Of a DNA stretch of 32,000 bases, positions 1 through 8,344 are shown one piece after another. A program made the position numbers and the translations under genes. The stretch comes from Pyrodictium abyssi (GTDB lineage: Archaea > Thermoproteota > Thermoprotei_A > Sulfolobales > Pyrodictiaceae). The stretch is taken from assembly GCF_036323395.1 (NCBI RefSeq), contig NZ_AP028907.1, forward strand, positions 1,260,001-1,292,000, given 5' to 3'. The notes under the pieces are model-generated. The model was not told the DNA's origin, searched no databases, and saw nothing but the letters and a program-made list of their open reading frames with translations. The number at the start of each line of letters is the position of its first letter. Positions within the stretch are counted from its first letter, which is position 1.

Positions 1-879
1 GAGGGCTGCGGCAAGACCCGGCTCCTCCGGGAGCTCCACCAGGTGCTGAAGCAGCGCGGCGACGTGGTAGCGGTCTACGTGGATGCTCAGAGCACGTCGG
101 GGCCCTGGGAGGCTGTGGAGGCCCCTCCGGAGCTGGCCCGGCTCCTCGCGGAGGCTGCTGCGGAGTATGCTGGGCCCCCGGGCCGGGCGGCTGCGCTGGC
201 TCTGCTCCGCGTCCTCGGCCGGGTCCGGGAGCGGCTCGTCCGCGGCAAGCACGTCGTGGTGCTCGTGGACGATGTGGCGCGCCCCCTGGGGCTAGAGAGG
301 GTAGAGGCCTACACGAAGAGCCTCTTAGACCTCGTGGAGAGGCTCCAGGCCCAGGGCGCTGCGAGCGTGCTAGCCCTGGCGACTACGAGCGAGGCGGCGA
401 GCCGCAGCATCTTGGCGAGGCACAGCCACGCCTCGCTAGCCCAGCTCTGGAACCTGGGCCCCGAGGCCTTCGAGGAGCTACTAGAGGTCCTCAGCGCGCC
501 CCGCCACGTGCGGGAGCAGGCATGGAGGCTGCTGGGCGGCAACCCCCGGCTAGCCCTAGCCCTCCGTGCGAGAGGCTGGAGGGCTGAGAGGCTCATAGAG
601 GACACGTATCCCCGTGTACGCGCCCTCCTCGAGGAGCTCCCCAGGAGCCTCCTCCGGGGCCTAGAGGAGGCCGTAGAGGACCCGGACGCCCTGAGGGAGA
701 ACCAGGAGCTACGCCGACACCTCGTCGAGGCGAACCTCGCCACGCCGGTGGAGAGGCCATGCCTAGGCTACACGCCCCCGCCCGACCCCGAGCAGGGGGT
801 GGGCAGGAGCTACGTCTGGCAGACACCGCTATACCGGATACTCGCCAAAAAGTACCTAGAAGAAGCGGGGAAGCCATGA
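1..879 (+). CDS. Archaeal AAA+-type P-loop NTPase (Arch_ATPase-like), 5' end cut by window edge
   Basis: Frame 1 is open from nt 1 (EGCGKTRLLRELHQ...), so listed ORF 43..879 continues upstream. Walker A remnant G-C-GKT at nt 4-18. Hydrophobic-DD Walker B (HVVVLVDDV). LWNLGPEAFEELLEVL resembles the lid motif of archaeal ATPases (PF01637-like). Family call is from motif memory only. Confidence 0.75.
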   Translation, partial: EGCGKTRLLRELHQVLKQRGDVVAVYVDAQSTSGPWEAVEAPPELARLLAEAAAEYAGPPGRAAALALLRVLGRVRERLVRGKHVVVLVDDVARPLGLERVEAYTKSLLDLVERLQAQGAASVLALATTSEAASRSILARHSHASLAQLWNLGPEAFEELLEVLSAPRHVREQAWRLLGGNPRLALALRARGWRAERLIEDTYPRVRALLEELPRSLLRGLEEAVEDPDALRENQELRRHLVEANLATPVERPCLGYTPPPDPEQGVGRSYVWQTPLYRILAKKYLEEAGKP

Positions 880-1096
880 ACCCTCTCCACCCGCCGCAGC
901 TACGGCGTGCCGAGCCACTCCTCCTAATGGATCTACGTGAACAGGACTCGCCATGCAGCCAGAGCCGGTGCCTTGGAGCACCCTTCAGCCCGGGCAGCGG
1001 CTAGCGCACCGGCATCCCATATGCCGTACATGATGGGTTGCAGGGATGAAGGCCAGCACTGCACGGCGCCACCGCTATACATGCTGTGAGCCCGGC

Positions 1097-1491
1097 CTAG
1101 CATGTAAGCTTGTTTATGAGCTGCTTGGCCTCCTGCAGGAAGCCCTCTAGGCTGGGTTCCTCTAGGGGCTCTACTCTGCCGCCTACATGCTTGTAGTGGG
1201 GAAACGTGGCGCCTCAGCGTGGCGGGGCGCATTGTTATACCGTAGCGCATCTACATGCACACTATCCTTATCGCCGCTACCATACCCCGTTATGACTAGC
1301 TGGTACCCATAGCCTATTAGGCGGCCGCTTCTCCAGACTTCTCTGGCCTCGAGCAGCGCTCGCCTATCCACGCGGAGCCTCAGCCGTAGGACGAATGTTT
1401 CTCTGCCAGCCCTTGTCTTCACGCCGGGTAGCCGCGCTTCCGGGAAATACCTCCTCACCAGGCCTACTATGTACTCTATCCTCGGCTTCAT
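1097..1491 (-). pseudogene. DUF6516/TumE-like toxin, frame broken by an apparent 1-nt gap in a homopolymer
   Basis: ORF 1183..1491 (MKPRIEYIVGL...ALRYNNAPRHAEAPRFP) stops 5 codons after a G4 run at 1198-1201 (C4 on the coding strand). A -1 shift there continues as HYKHVGGRVEPLEEPSLEGFLQEAKQLINKLTC to a TAG at 1097-1099. The joined RYNNAP-H...FPHYKH pattern matches my recollection of the DUF6516/TumE signature (RYDN...HHxH). Confidence 0.6.
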
Positions 1492-1496
1492 GCTGC

Positions 1497-1808
1497 TTAC
1501 CTCAGCCTGGAAAGCACCTTCTCTATATTCTCTACCTCCTCAACAATCTCTTCCCGGGCCAACGCTAGCCCGTGCCACTCTACGGCATCCAGGTCGGCTT
1601 CTTCGGGAAGCCTCCACTCCCCTCTAGCCCTGGCACACTCCTCGTACATCCTCATAAACTCCCTAGTCGGCATACCATACCGCTCCTCATACTCCCGTAG
1701 CTCCGCCTCGACCCTCTGAAGCCTCTTCCTTAGCCTCTCCAGCTCCCGCTCAAGAGCAGCAATCACTGATCCTATCTCCCTCCTCTCTAGCCTAACCTCA
1801 ATAGCCAC
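1497..1808 (-). CDS. Small coiled-coil protein, presumed partner/antitoxin of the TumE-like gene
   Basis: 103-aa GTG-start ORF, highly charged and helical (ERELERLRKRLQRVEAELREYEERYG). Its stop at 1497-1499 lies 5 nt before the ATG (1491) of the downstream gene, giving an operon arrangement. No family recognised. Confidence 0.5.
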   Translation of the reverse strand: MAIEVRLERREIGSVIAALERELERLRKRLQRVEAELREYEERYGMPTREFMRMYEECARARGEWRLPEEADLDAVEWHGLALAREEIVEEVENIEKVLSRLR

Positions 1809-1953
1809 TAAGGAGCCCCAGGAGCACTAGAATAACGGCTACCAGGGCTAAATAGCGCCACTACCCAGGATACTGTAGAGGATGGCCATACACCGTGGAG
1901 GCTCTAGACCCCGTAGATAGCGTGAAAACAGTACTGTGTGTCAGGGCCCGCAG

Positions 1954-1973
1954 CCCCGTTCCGAAGGACGGGG
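1954..1973 (+). other. Stable hairpin CCCCGTTC-CGAA-GGACGGGG inside a ~600-nt gene-free stretch
   Basis: 8-bp stem read directly. One pair is a T-G wobble on the + strand but a C-A mismatch on the - strand, which weakly favours a + strand RNA. Function unknown. Confidence 0.4.
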
Positions 1974-2410
1974 GAAGTTAAGGCGGCCATCATGGCAGCC
2001 TAGATCTGTCTGAAGGACGTACACCGCCCCCGTATATCCTATCACGGCTCCTCACAGCCAGGGCATCCTCGCTATGGCCGCATTGTGTTCGCCGGCTTCA
2101 GAGCTAAGCTCGCAAGTACAGCATTAGACATTAGTTTTACCAACAATACTATAGCCGGTGCCAAGCCTCATGTAATACACGCGGGTAGAAGGCAGTACAA
2201 AGGCACAAAGAGGCAGAAACCAAGCCAGCCATTGCTGTCCAGGGTCCTTGCCGTGGCGACGGGGTTCTGGGCGAGCCTCGCTTGCTCCAAGCCCTAGAAG
2301 AGGGGCCATAAGGGAGTTTGAAAGTCTAGAAACGGGCGGTTGTGTCCAGTAAAGCGAGGGCTTTACTAGCTCTCCAGGCTCCACGGGAGAGGCACGGGTA
2401 ATGGCTGGGC

Positions 2411-3238
2411 TTGAAGCGGTTACAGGCTAGCCGTCGGGTGCTCGGCGCTCTAACGCACTACCTGGCGGTCTCAGCTATGTGGTATACCCCCGTGCTGTAT
2501 CAGGCCCGGGCCGGGGCGCATGGTCTCGCTGCCAGCTTCTCTAACAGCATGGCTGTCCGGCTCGCTGTAGCCGTGGGGGCCGCCGCCTCTGCTTACGCCC
2601 ATTACCGGCTAGGCGTCTGCCAGAGAAGCTACATGAAGTGCCTAGGCCTATCGCGGAGAGGGCTCCTAGAGTCTTTCATCCTGGCCTCGGCGGTGTGGGG
2701 CGTCTTCGTGGCCGCTGGCCTAGCCTATGCTGTGGCCAGGGGCCTGGGCGCCGGGCGGCTGTACGAAATCTACCGCGGCAACGCCATGACTGCACCGGGG
2801 CCCACATGGTTCTCAGACCTTGATCCCCGCATCCTCCCAGTAGCCGCCAGCCTCTTCTGGATGCTCACTGGCCTCCTATGCTTTAGCCTAGTCCAGGCGT
2901 TCATCCTAGAGAGCCTGCCACGGAGGCCCTGGTCCCCGCTCCTAGCGGGCGTGCTCTTCGTAGCCATGTATAACGCGCCGCTGCTGACGGGCGAGTGGAA
3001 GATGGACGATGTAATAGTCCTCGGGATGGCTTACCCTGTAGCCTACTACATGGCTAGGAACTCTATAGGGCTCATTGGGGCCTACGTGGCCGTATACGAG
3101 CTACCAGTCGCAGCCGCTGTGCTACATGGCTGGGGAGAAGGCTGCTTCCGCGTCTTTGTAGCCCTACGCGCCGCCGTGGCCTCCGCGTCTCTGCTCGTAG
3201 CGCCCCTCGTAGTGAAAAGGCTGCTGAGGAGCCGGTAG
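2411..3238 (+). CDS. Polytopic integral membrane protein (function unknown)
   Basis: 275-aa ORF with 6-8 hydrophobic segments (AVRLAVAVGAAASAYA, FILASAVWGVFVAAGLAYAV, LPVAASLFWMLTGLLCFSLVQAFIL, GLIGAYVAVYELPVAAAVL). TTG start at 2411, alternative ATG at 2477. The topology is faintly CPBP/CAAX-protease-like, but the EExxxR and FxxxH motifs are not intact, so no family is called. Confidence 0.55.
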   Translation: MKRLQASRRVLGALTHYLAVSAMWYTPVLYQARAGAHGLAASFSNSMAVRLAVAVGAAASAYAHYRLGVCQRSYMKCLGLSRRGLLESFILASAVWGVFVAAGLAYAVARGLGAGRLYEIYRGNAMTAPGPTWFSDLDPRILPVAASLFWMLTGLLCFSLVQAFILESLPRRPWSPLLAGVLFVAMYNAPLLTGEWKMDDVIVLGMAYPVAYYMARNSIGLIGAYVAVYELPVAAAVLHGWGEGCFRVFVALRAAVASASLLVAPLVVKRLLRSR

Positions 3239-3636
3239 ACCGCTATGCTGCTTGCAGCAAGCCACGGCAACGGATACGCAGCCGCCGCCTCCGGCCATGC
3301 TCCATGGAGGCATAGAGGCCATAACGGGCATCAAGGGTGAAGGGCAGGGAACTACGCGCCTCTTAACCAGGGAGGAGGCTAGGCACACGCCTGCAAGGCC
3401 CTCAGCACGGGGCTATAGATGTCCCGGGCTCCCAGCCCGCTAATCCTCGTCGTCTGCCACTCCATAGTGGCTGCGCCGCCTTACACTACTAGGCTAAGGC
3501 TTAATGAGGAGGTGACCCATCGGGCTCCAGCCAGGACCAGGCGGGCTGGCTTCCGCGGCTCCGCATGTACCACTACTACTGTCTCTAGGCGCCGTTTATC
3601 GGGGCATGTGCCCTCCCCTATGGATGGTGCCGGGGC

Positions 3637-4626
3637 TTGTACCGTGTGCTGGGGAGGACGGGGCTCCGTGTCTCGCGTGCCGGGGTGGGTCTCTGGCAGG
3701 CTGGCTCCCGGCTATGGGGGACGCGCGGGCAGCTACGCGGGGTCAGGGAGGCCATACTGCGGGCCCTCAAGCTCGGGGTCAACCTGTTTGACACGGCTGA
3801 GCTCTACGGTGGCGGCGCCTCGGAGCGCTTGCTTGGCGAGGTGCTGCGCGAGACGGGCGAGGACGCGGTCGTGACCACGAAGGTGGCCGGGTTCCGCACC
3901 ACCGTGGACTCCATAGTGAAGGCTGCCGAGGCTAGCCGGAGGAGGCTAGGCCGGGCGCCAGACCTGCTCCTGCACCACTGGCCGCCGCCATTCTACGTGG
4001 ATGTCTGCCGGGTGGTGCGCGGCCTAGAGGGGGCCGCGGAGAAGGGCCTAGCGGGGTACATCGGCGTCTCGAACTACCCCCAGCCACTCCTAGCCAGGGC
4101 CATGGAGTGCACGAGGCGCTACGAGATAGCTGTGAACCAAGTGCACTATAGCCTAGGCTACCGGGTCGCCGAGAACAGGCTCAAGCCCTTCATGGACCAG
4201 CACGGCGTAGCGCTACAGGCGTGGAGCCCGCTCGACAAGGGCGCCCTCGCCGGCAAGACCAGGGCCGATAACATGGCCCGCCGCCTCGACCCCGTCTTCC
4301 GGGCCGTCGCCCGCGACGGGGAGCTGCAGAGGGTCCTCGGGGAGGCCGCGGAGAGGCTGGGAGTCTCCAAGGCGGTGGTGGCGGCAGCATGGCTGGTCGC
4401 TAAGGGGGCCTTCCCGCTCGTAGGCGTCCGGAAGAGGAGCCACGCCGAGGCAGTGGCCGAGGCTGCGCGGCTAGAGCTGCCGAGCAGCATCATCGAGGCG
4501 CTGGACCGGGCTAGCGAGCGCTACCGCACGCGCTGGGGCACGTGCTACAGCGAGCTACGCTGGAGCCGCGCTGTGCCCGGCCCACTGCAGGCACTGCTAT
4601 TCCGCTACCTGCTACGAGGCATATAG
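3637..4626 (+). CDS. Aldo/keto reductase family oxidoreductase
   Basis: 329 aa. The N-terminus YRVLGRTGLRVSRAGVGLWQ...LFDTAELYGGGASERLLGEVL and later GVSNY and HYSL segments are classical AKR signatures. TTG start. Confidence 0.92.
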   Translation: MYRVLGRTGLRVSRAGVGLWQAGSRLWGTRGQLRGVREAILRALKLGVNLFDTAELYGGGASERLLGEVLRETGEDAVVTTKVAGFRTTVDSIVKAAEASRRRLGRAPDLLLHHWPPPFYVDVCRVVRGLEGAAEKGLAGYIGVSNYPQPLLARAMECTRRYEIAVNQVHYSLGYRVAENRLKPFMDQHGVALQAWSPLDKGALAGKTRADNMARRLDPVFRAVARDGELQRVLGEAAERLGVSKAVVAAAWLVAKGAFPLVGVRKRSHAEAVAEAARLELPSSIIEALDRASERYRTRWGTCYSELRWSRAVPGPLQALLFRYLLRGI

Positions 4627-4692
4627 CAGGGGCTCGGCCCTCACTCTCAAGGACCCATAAAATTATACCTGGAGCTTGGCCGGAACCTAGGT

Positions 4693-4929
4693 ATGGCTGG
4701 TGTAGAGTTGGCAGTGGCTAGGGACAGGAGAACCCTAGTCTTCGAGGAGTCTACCGCCCGGAGCATAGGCCTAGAGCCGGGGAAAAGCTACGTGGTCGTG
4801 GAGCACGGGGACAGGGTAGTCCTTGTCGCAGCCAAGAAGCTCTCGGCGGGGCTGCTCGATGCACTGAGGAAGGCCCGTATCCGTGTCGAAGAAGACGTTG
4901 TGGGCGAGTTTCTAGAGGAGAGAAGATGA
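4693..4929 (+). CDS. vapB: AbrB/SpoVT-type antitoxin (VapB-like)
   Basis: 78 aa. The segment RTLVFEESTARSIGLEPGKSYVVVEHGDRVVLV looks like a swapped-hairpin AbrB fold. The stop overlaps the next ATG (ATGA at 4926-4929). Confidence 0.7.
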   Translation: MAGVELAVARDRRTLVFEESTARSIGLEPGKSYVVVEHGDRVVLVAAKKLSAGLLDALRKARIRVEEDVVGEFLEERR

Positions 4930-5358
4930 GGCTTGTAGTCGACGCCTCGGTCTACGGCGATGCTGTTTACTCCTTCGACTCCAGGCGGACCCAGCTAGTA
5001 GACAAGTTCTTTGAGACTATTATAAGCCGTGGCCACGTAATCGTTGAGCCCCGGATATTCAGCCTTGAGCTAGCGTTCCTCCTCCCGAGGAGGCTTGGCC
5101 CCCAAGAAGGCAAAAGAGTTCCACTCCGCGATAATCGAGGAGGTTGTAGTGATAGATATAGCTGATGATGCAATTCTCCTCGATATATGCTTTTCCACTG
5201 GAGCGAGGGCTGCAGATGCCTACTACATAGCCGCGGCGAAGATTACCAGCGCCGTTCTCGTAGGTAATGATAGGAGGCAAGTGGCGTCTGCGAGAAGGTA
5301 TGGCGTAAACGCCTACTACTTGCTAGAGGAGCACGAGGAGCTCTTCAAGCAGCTCTAG
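4926..5358 (+). pseudogene. vapC: PIN-domain ribonuclease toxin VapC, split by a frameshift in a C5 run
   Basis: ORF 4926..5165 carries the PIN N-half (LVVDASV, EPRIFSLE). ORF 5095..5358 carries the C-half (RAADAYYIAAAK, LVGNDRRQ). Dropping one C from the run at 5099-5103 joins them as ...PRRLGPKKAKEFHSAIIEEVVVID... Confidence 0.8.
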
Positions 5359-5619
5359 TCTAGCCATATCCACGAATAGCCCCACGGCTATCTGGGATGC
5401 CGGGGACCGGCCACACGCTATCGTCCTGCCGCCTGTTGCGGAGTTGTATAGCGGGGCTCGGTTCCCCGCTTTCGGTCACCGCCCCGTGGAGGGCTCCCTC
5501 CTTCCAAGCCTCGCCACAGCCCCGAGAGGGCCAGGCACCGCCAGGGGCCGTATTCTGCGCTCCACACCAGGGCCGGCGGCACGCCCTGGCCCCGTATAGG
5601 AGAAGGGTATCGGTGTGTC

Positions 5620-7530
5620 TTACTCCTCGGCCGTGGTCCTCTTCTCGGCTTCTCTTAGCGCCTTCTCGGCGTCTCCCGCCGCCCAGCCTAGGCCTAGCCG
5701 CTCTAGGGTCTCTGGGAGGGGTATGCCGTAGATGCTGTGGTAGCCGCGTCTGCGGTAGAACTCCCTTATAGCCTCTTCTAGGTCGTGTTGGTCCCGGGCC
5801 GCCTTCTCGCCCTTCATTGGGCCCTCGGGGACTGGCTCCATCCAGCGCTTCGGCGCCGTGTCGCCCTCGGGGACTCTGCCGGCTAGTGCTGCGTGTATCC
5901 TTGCGAGGGCCTCGGCCCTCCAGCCGACTAGCAGGAGGTCCTCCGGCCGGGCCTCGACCCCCGTGACAGCGCTGTATAGCCTGGCTACCTCCTCGCGGGT
6001 GTATGGGAGGAAGCTGCAGAGCCCCATGCTGTCCAGCAGCGCCTTCCAGTCGCGGTCGGCTATGAGGCTCTCCACCATCTCGGCGGCCGGGCCGCGGCTC
6101 GGCGGCTGGTGTGGCCTCGGCCAGCCCCTGAGATGGCTGGCACCCACGTCGGCTGTGGCGTAGCTCACTACTAGGCCGCGGCGGCCACGCGGGTCCCAGG
6201 CTGCCGCCTCGAGGCCCTTAACGTGGACTGCCCGGTCGGAGCCGCGGCCGAGTATACGGGAGGCCTTCTCCACGCCTTCTGCCAGCACCGCGCCTATCCC
6301 GCGGCGCTCCGCGACTAGCCGTGCTAGCTCCCGGACCGCCTCGGGGCTGCCGAACCTGGGCTCGTTCTCCATGCCTGCTAGCTCGCTCCGCTGCACCAGG
6401 CCCTCCTCGTAGAGCTCCATGAGCCAGGACGCCGTCTCGCCGAAGCTTATACTGTCGAGGCCTAGGTTGTTGACGAGCCACTCGGTGTAGAGCACCTCGT
6501 CGACGTCGAGGACGCCGGGGGCTAGGCCGAGCATAGCGAGGTTCTCGTACTCGGGCTTGACCACTATGTGCTCGAGCCCCTTCCTCCTGGGGGAGGCTAG
6601 CTTGCTGCACTTAGTCGGGCAGCCCCAGCCCCAGATGACGCCGGCGTACCTCTTGTAGACGCTGCGCGGCGCCTCGCGCTCTAGAACGGTGTCGCCGCCT
6701 AGCTTCTGGGCCTCCTCCGGTGGGAGCCAGGGCCGGCGCCAGTGCCAGCCTGGGCACATGCTTAGCCTGCTGCAGACGGAGACGCCGTCGTTGGTGCCGT
6801 AGCGGGCCCAGCTCCTGGTGGGCTCGTCGTCGCGTATACGCTTGTAGACCTCAAGGTAGAGTCTCCTCCACTCGTCTGGCCGGGCCCTCTCGGGGACACG
6901 GCTACCCCAGACAGCTACCGCCTTCAGCCCCATCGCGCCCATTACCGCGCCGAGGCCGCAGCGGCCCGCAGCCCGGAAGCCGTCAACCATTATGTTCGCG
7001 TAGCGGACAAGCCTCTCCCCCGCCGGGCCTATCGCCGCCACGCTGGCGCCCCAGCGGGTCTCCCTACGGATCGCCTCCACGACCTCTACCGCGCCGCTGC
7101 CCCATAGGTGCCGGGCAGGCCTCACCTCGATCTCGCCGTTCTCCACGTAGATGTAGACGGGCTCCTCGGAGCGGCCGCTGATAACGAGGGCGTCGAAGCC
7201 TGCTAGGCGGAGCTTGCCCGCGAACACCTGGCCGGCGTAGGTGTCGCAGAGGATCCCCGTCAGGGGGCTCTTAGCCAGGAACCCCGTCTTGGAGGCTCCC
7301 GGGGCGTGGGCTGCCAGCGCCCCAGCCGCTATGATGAGCTTGTTCTCGCGGGGGTCGAGGGGCTCAGCGCTCGGCGCTATCAGCTTGTAGCCGAGGAGGT
7401 AGAGTAGCCCCTTGCCCCCCAGGAAGAGCCTCGCAGCGTCCTTGTCTAGCTCCTCGACGCGGACCCGGCCCGAGGAGAGGTTGATGAAAGCTACCCGGCC
7501 AGCGTACCCAGGCAGAGCCAAGGGGGACAC
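5620..7530 (-). CDS. aor: Tungsten-containing aldehyde:ferredoxin oxidoreductase family protein
   Basis: 636 aa. The N-terminus YAGRVAFINLSSGRVRVEELD...FLGGKGL, the overall size and the Cys-containing central region are typical of AOR-family tungstopterin enzymes. GTG start at 7530, with an alternative TTG at 7521. A weak TATA-like TTTTAGAA sits about 40 nt upstream. Confidence 0.93.
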   Translation of the reverse strand: MSPLALPGYAGRVAFINLSSGRVRVEELDKDAARLFLGGKGLLYLLGYKLIAPSAEPLDPRENKLIIAAGALAAHAPGASKTGFLAKSPLTGILCDTYAGQVFAGKLRLAGFDALVISGRSEEPVYIYVENGEIEVRPARHLWGSGAVEVVEAIRRETRWGASVAAIGPAGERLVRYANIMVDGFRAAGRCGLGAVMGAMGLKAVAVWGSRVPERARPDEWRRLYLEVYKRIRDDEPTRSWARYGTNDGVSVCSRLSMCPGWHWRRPWLPPEEAQKLGGDTVLEREAPRSVYKRYAGVIWGWGCPTKCSKLASPRRKGLEHIVVKPEYENLAMLGLAPGVLDVDEVLYTEWLVNNLGLDSISFGETASWLMELYEEGLVQRSELAGMENEPRFGSPEAVRELARLVAERRGIGAVLAEGVEKASRILGRGSDRAVHVKGLEAAAWDPRGRRGLVVSYATADVGASHLRGWPRPHQPPSRGPAAEMVESLIADRDWKALLDSMGLCSFLPYTREEVARLYSAVTGVEARPEDLLLVGWRAEALARIHAALAGRVPEGDTAPKRWMEPVPEGPMKGEKAARDQHDLEEAIREFYRRRGYHSIYGIPLPETLERLGLGWAAGDAEKALREAEKRTTAEE

Positions 7531-7621
7531 GCACCCGCGGGGGAGTTGCGTCCCCCCGGGTTTCTAAAAGCGGGGCTGCGCCGCCTACCCCGGGGTGCTG
7601 CGCGGGACCCCCTTCGTAGCC

Positions 7622-8257
7622 CTATGTGAGCCTGATGCCTAGTATCTTCTCCAGGATCTTTAGCACGTCGTCCCTTGCCAGCTTCTCCTTTAGAGGAGGC
7701 TCTACCTTCTCGCCGCGCTGTGCCCGCTCACCGCGCTCCCGGAACGAGGGCACAACCTTCTCCAGCTCCTCCCTGGTGAGCACGCCCTCGTACTTCTCCT
7801 GGTACACCGTCTTCCCGCCAGCCACGTAGGCTAGCAGCGTGGTCGGCGACGCGTGGACACGGTGCTCCCGGAAGCTCGCAGACGCGGCTGGGGAGGCGCA
7901 GCGGTGCGTGAACCAGTCGCAGAGCACTATGACGAAGTGGTAGCCCTCGAGCCTCGGCGCCGCGGACTCGACGAAGGGGTGCCAGTACCCGTCGTAGCTC
8001 CTACAAGCCTTGCACTTCGTGTTCCCGAAGTAGACCACGTATACGCCGTCGCCTAGCTCGCCCAGCTGGAAGGCCCCGCCGTCTACCCGGAGTAGCCTCC
8101 ACGCGCCGTGCTCTCTGTCGTAGACGTAGATACCGTTCCGGCTCCCAGCGCCAACCCTCTTCACAATCACCTCCCCCATGCCTCCCTTGGCCTTCTCCAG
8201 CAGTTTGCGGGCCTTCCTCTCTAGCAGTTTCTCGAGCTCCTCGTCTCTCGGCTTCAC
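7622..8257 (-). CDS. Thioredoxin-fold protein with CxxC motif (function unknown)
   Basis: VYVVYFGNTKCKACRSYDGYWHPF resembles a thioredoxin-like CxxC active-site context. The start is uncertain. The ORF opens at GTG 8317, but the first 20 codons are basic and low-complexity, so I prefer GTG 8257 (MKPRDEELEKLLERK). ATG 8179 is also possible. Confidence 0.55.
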   Translation of the reverse strand: MKPRDEELEKLLERKARKLLEKAKGGMGEVIVKRVGAGSRNGIYVYDREHGAWRLLRVDGGAFQLGELGDGVYVVYFGNTKCKACRSYDGYWHPFVESAAPRLEGYHFVIVLCDWFTHRCASPAASASFREHRVHASPTTLLAYVAGGKTVYQEKYEGVLTREELEKVVPSFRERGERAQRGEKVEPPLKEKLARDDVLKILEKILGIRLT

Positions 8258-8344
8258 GCCGCAGACACCCCGTTTAGCCCCCGGGCTCCGGGGGCGGGCT
8301 AGTAAGCCCTTGCCCACAAGGCCGGTAGACGCCCCGGGAGGGCC

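Noticed and set aside
1020-1090. ATGATGG ... CTGTGA considered as C/D-box sRNA
   Set aside because: Neither box matches the consensus (RUGAUGA / CUGA) exactly, and no internal C'/D' boxes or terminal stem are present.
3343-3361. AAGGGTGAAGGGCAGGGAA resembling the RNase P RNA AAGGGUGAAAGGGUG block; also TGAAAGTCT at 2319-2327
   Set aside because: No GAGGAAAGUCC-type CR-I or ACAGAA-CCGGCUUA-type CR-V is present in the right order or spacing on either strand. The partial matches occur in the wrong order.
3419-3874. 151-aa ORF overlapping the start of the aldo-keto reductase
   Set aside because: Out of frame with the strongly supported AKR gene. R/S/G/T-rich composition.
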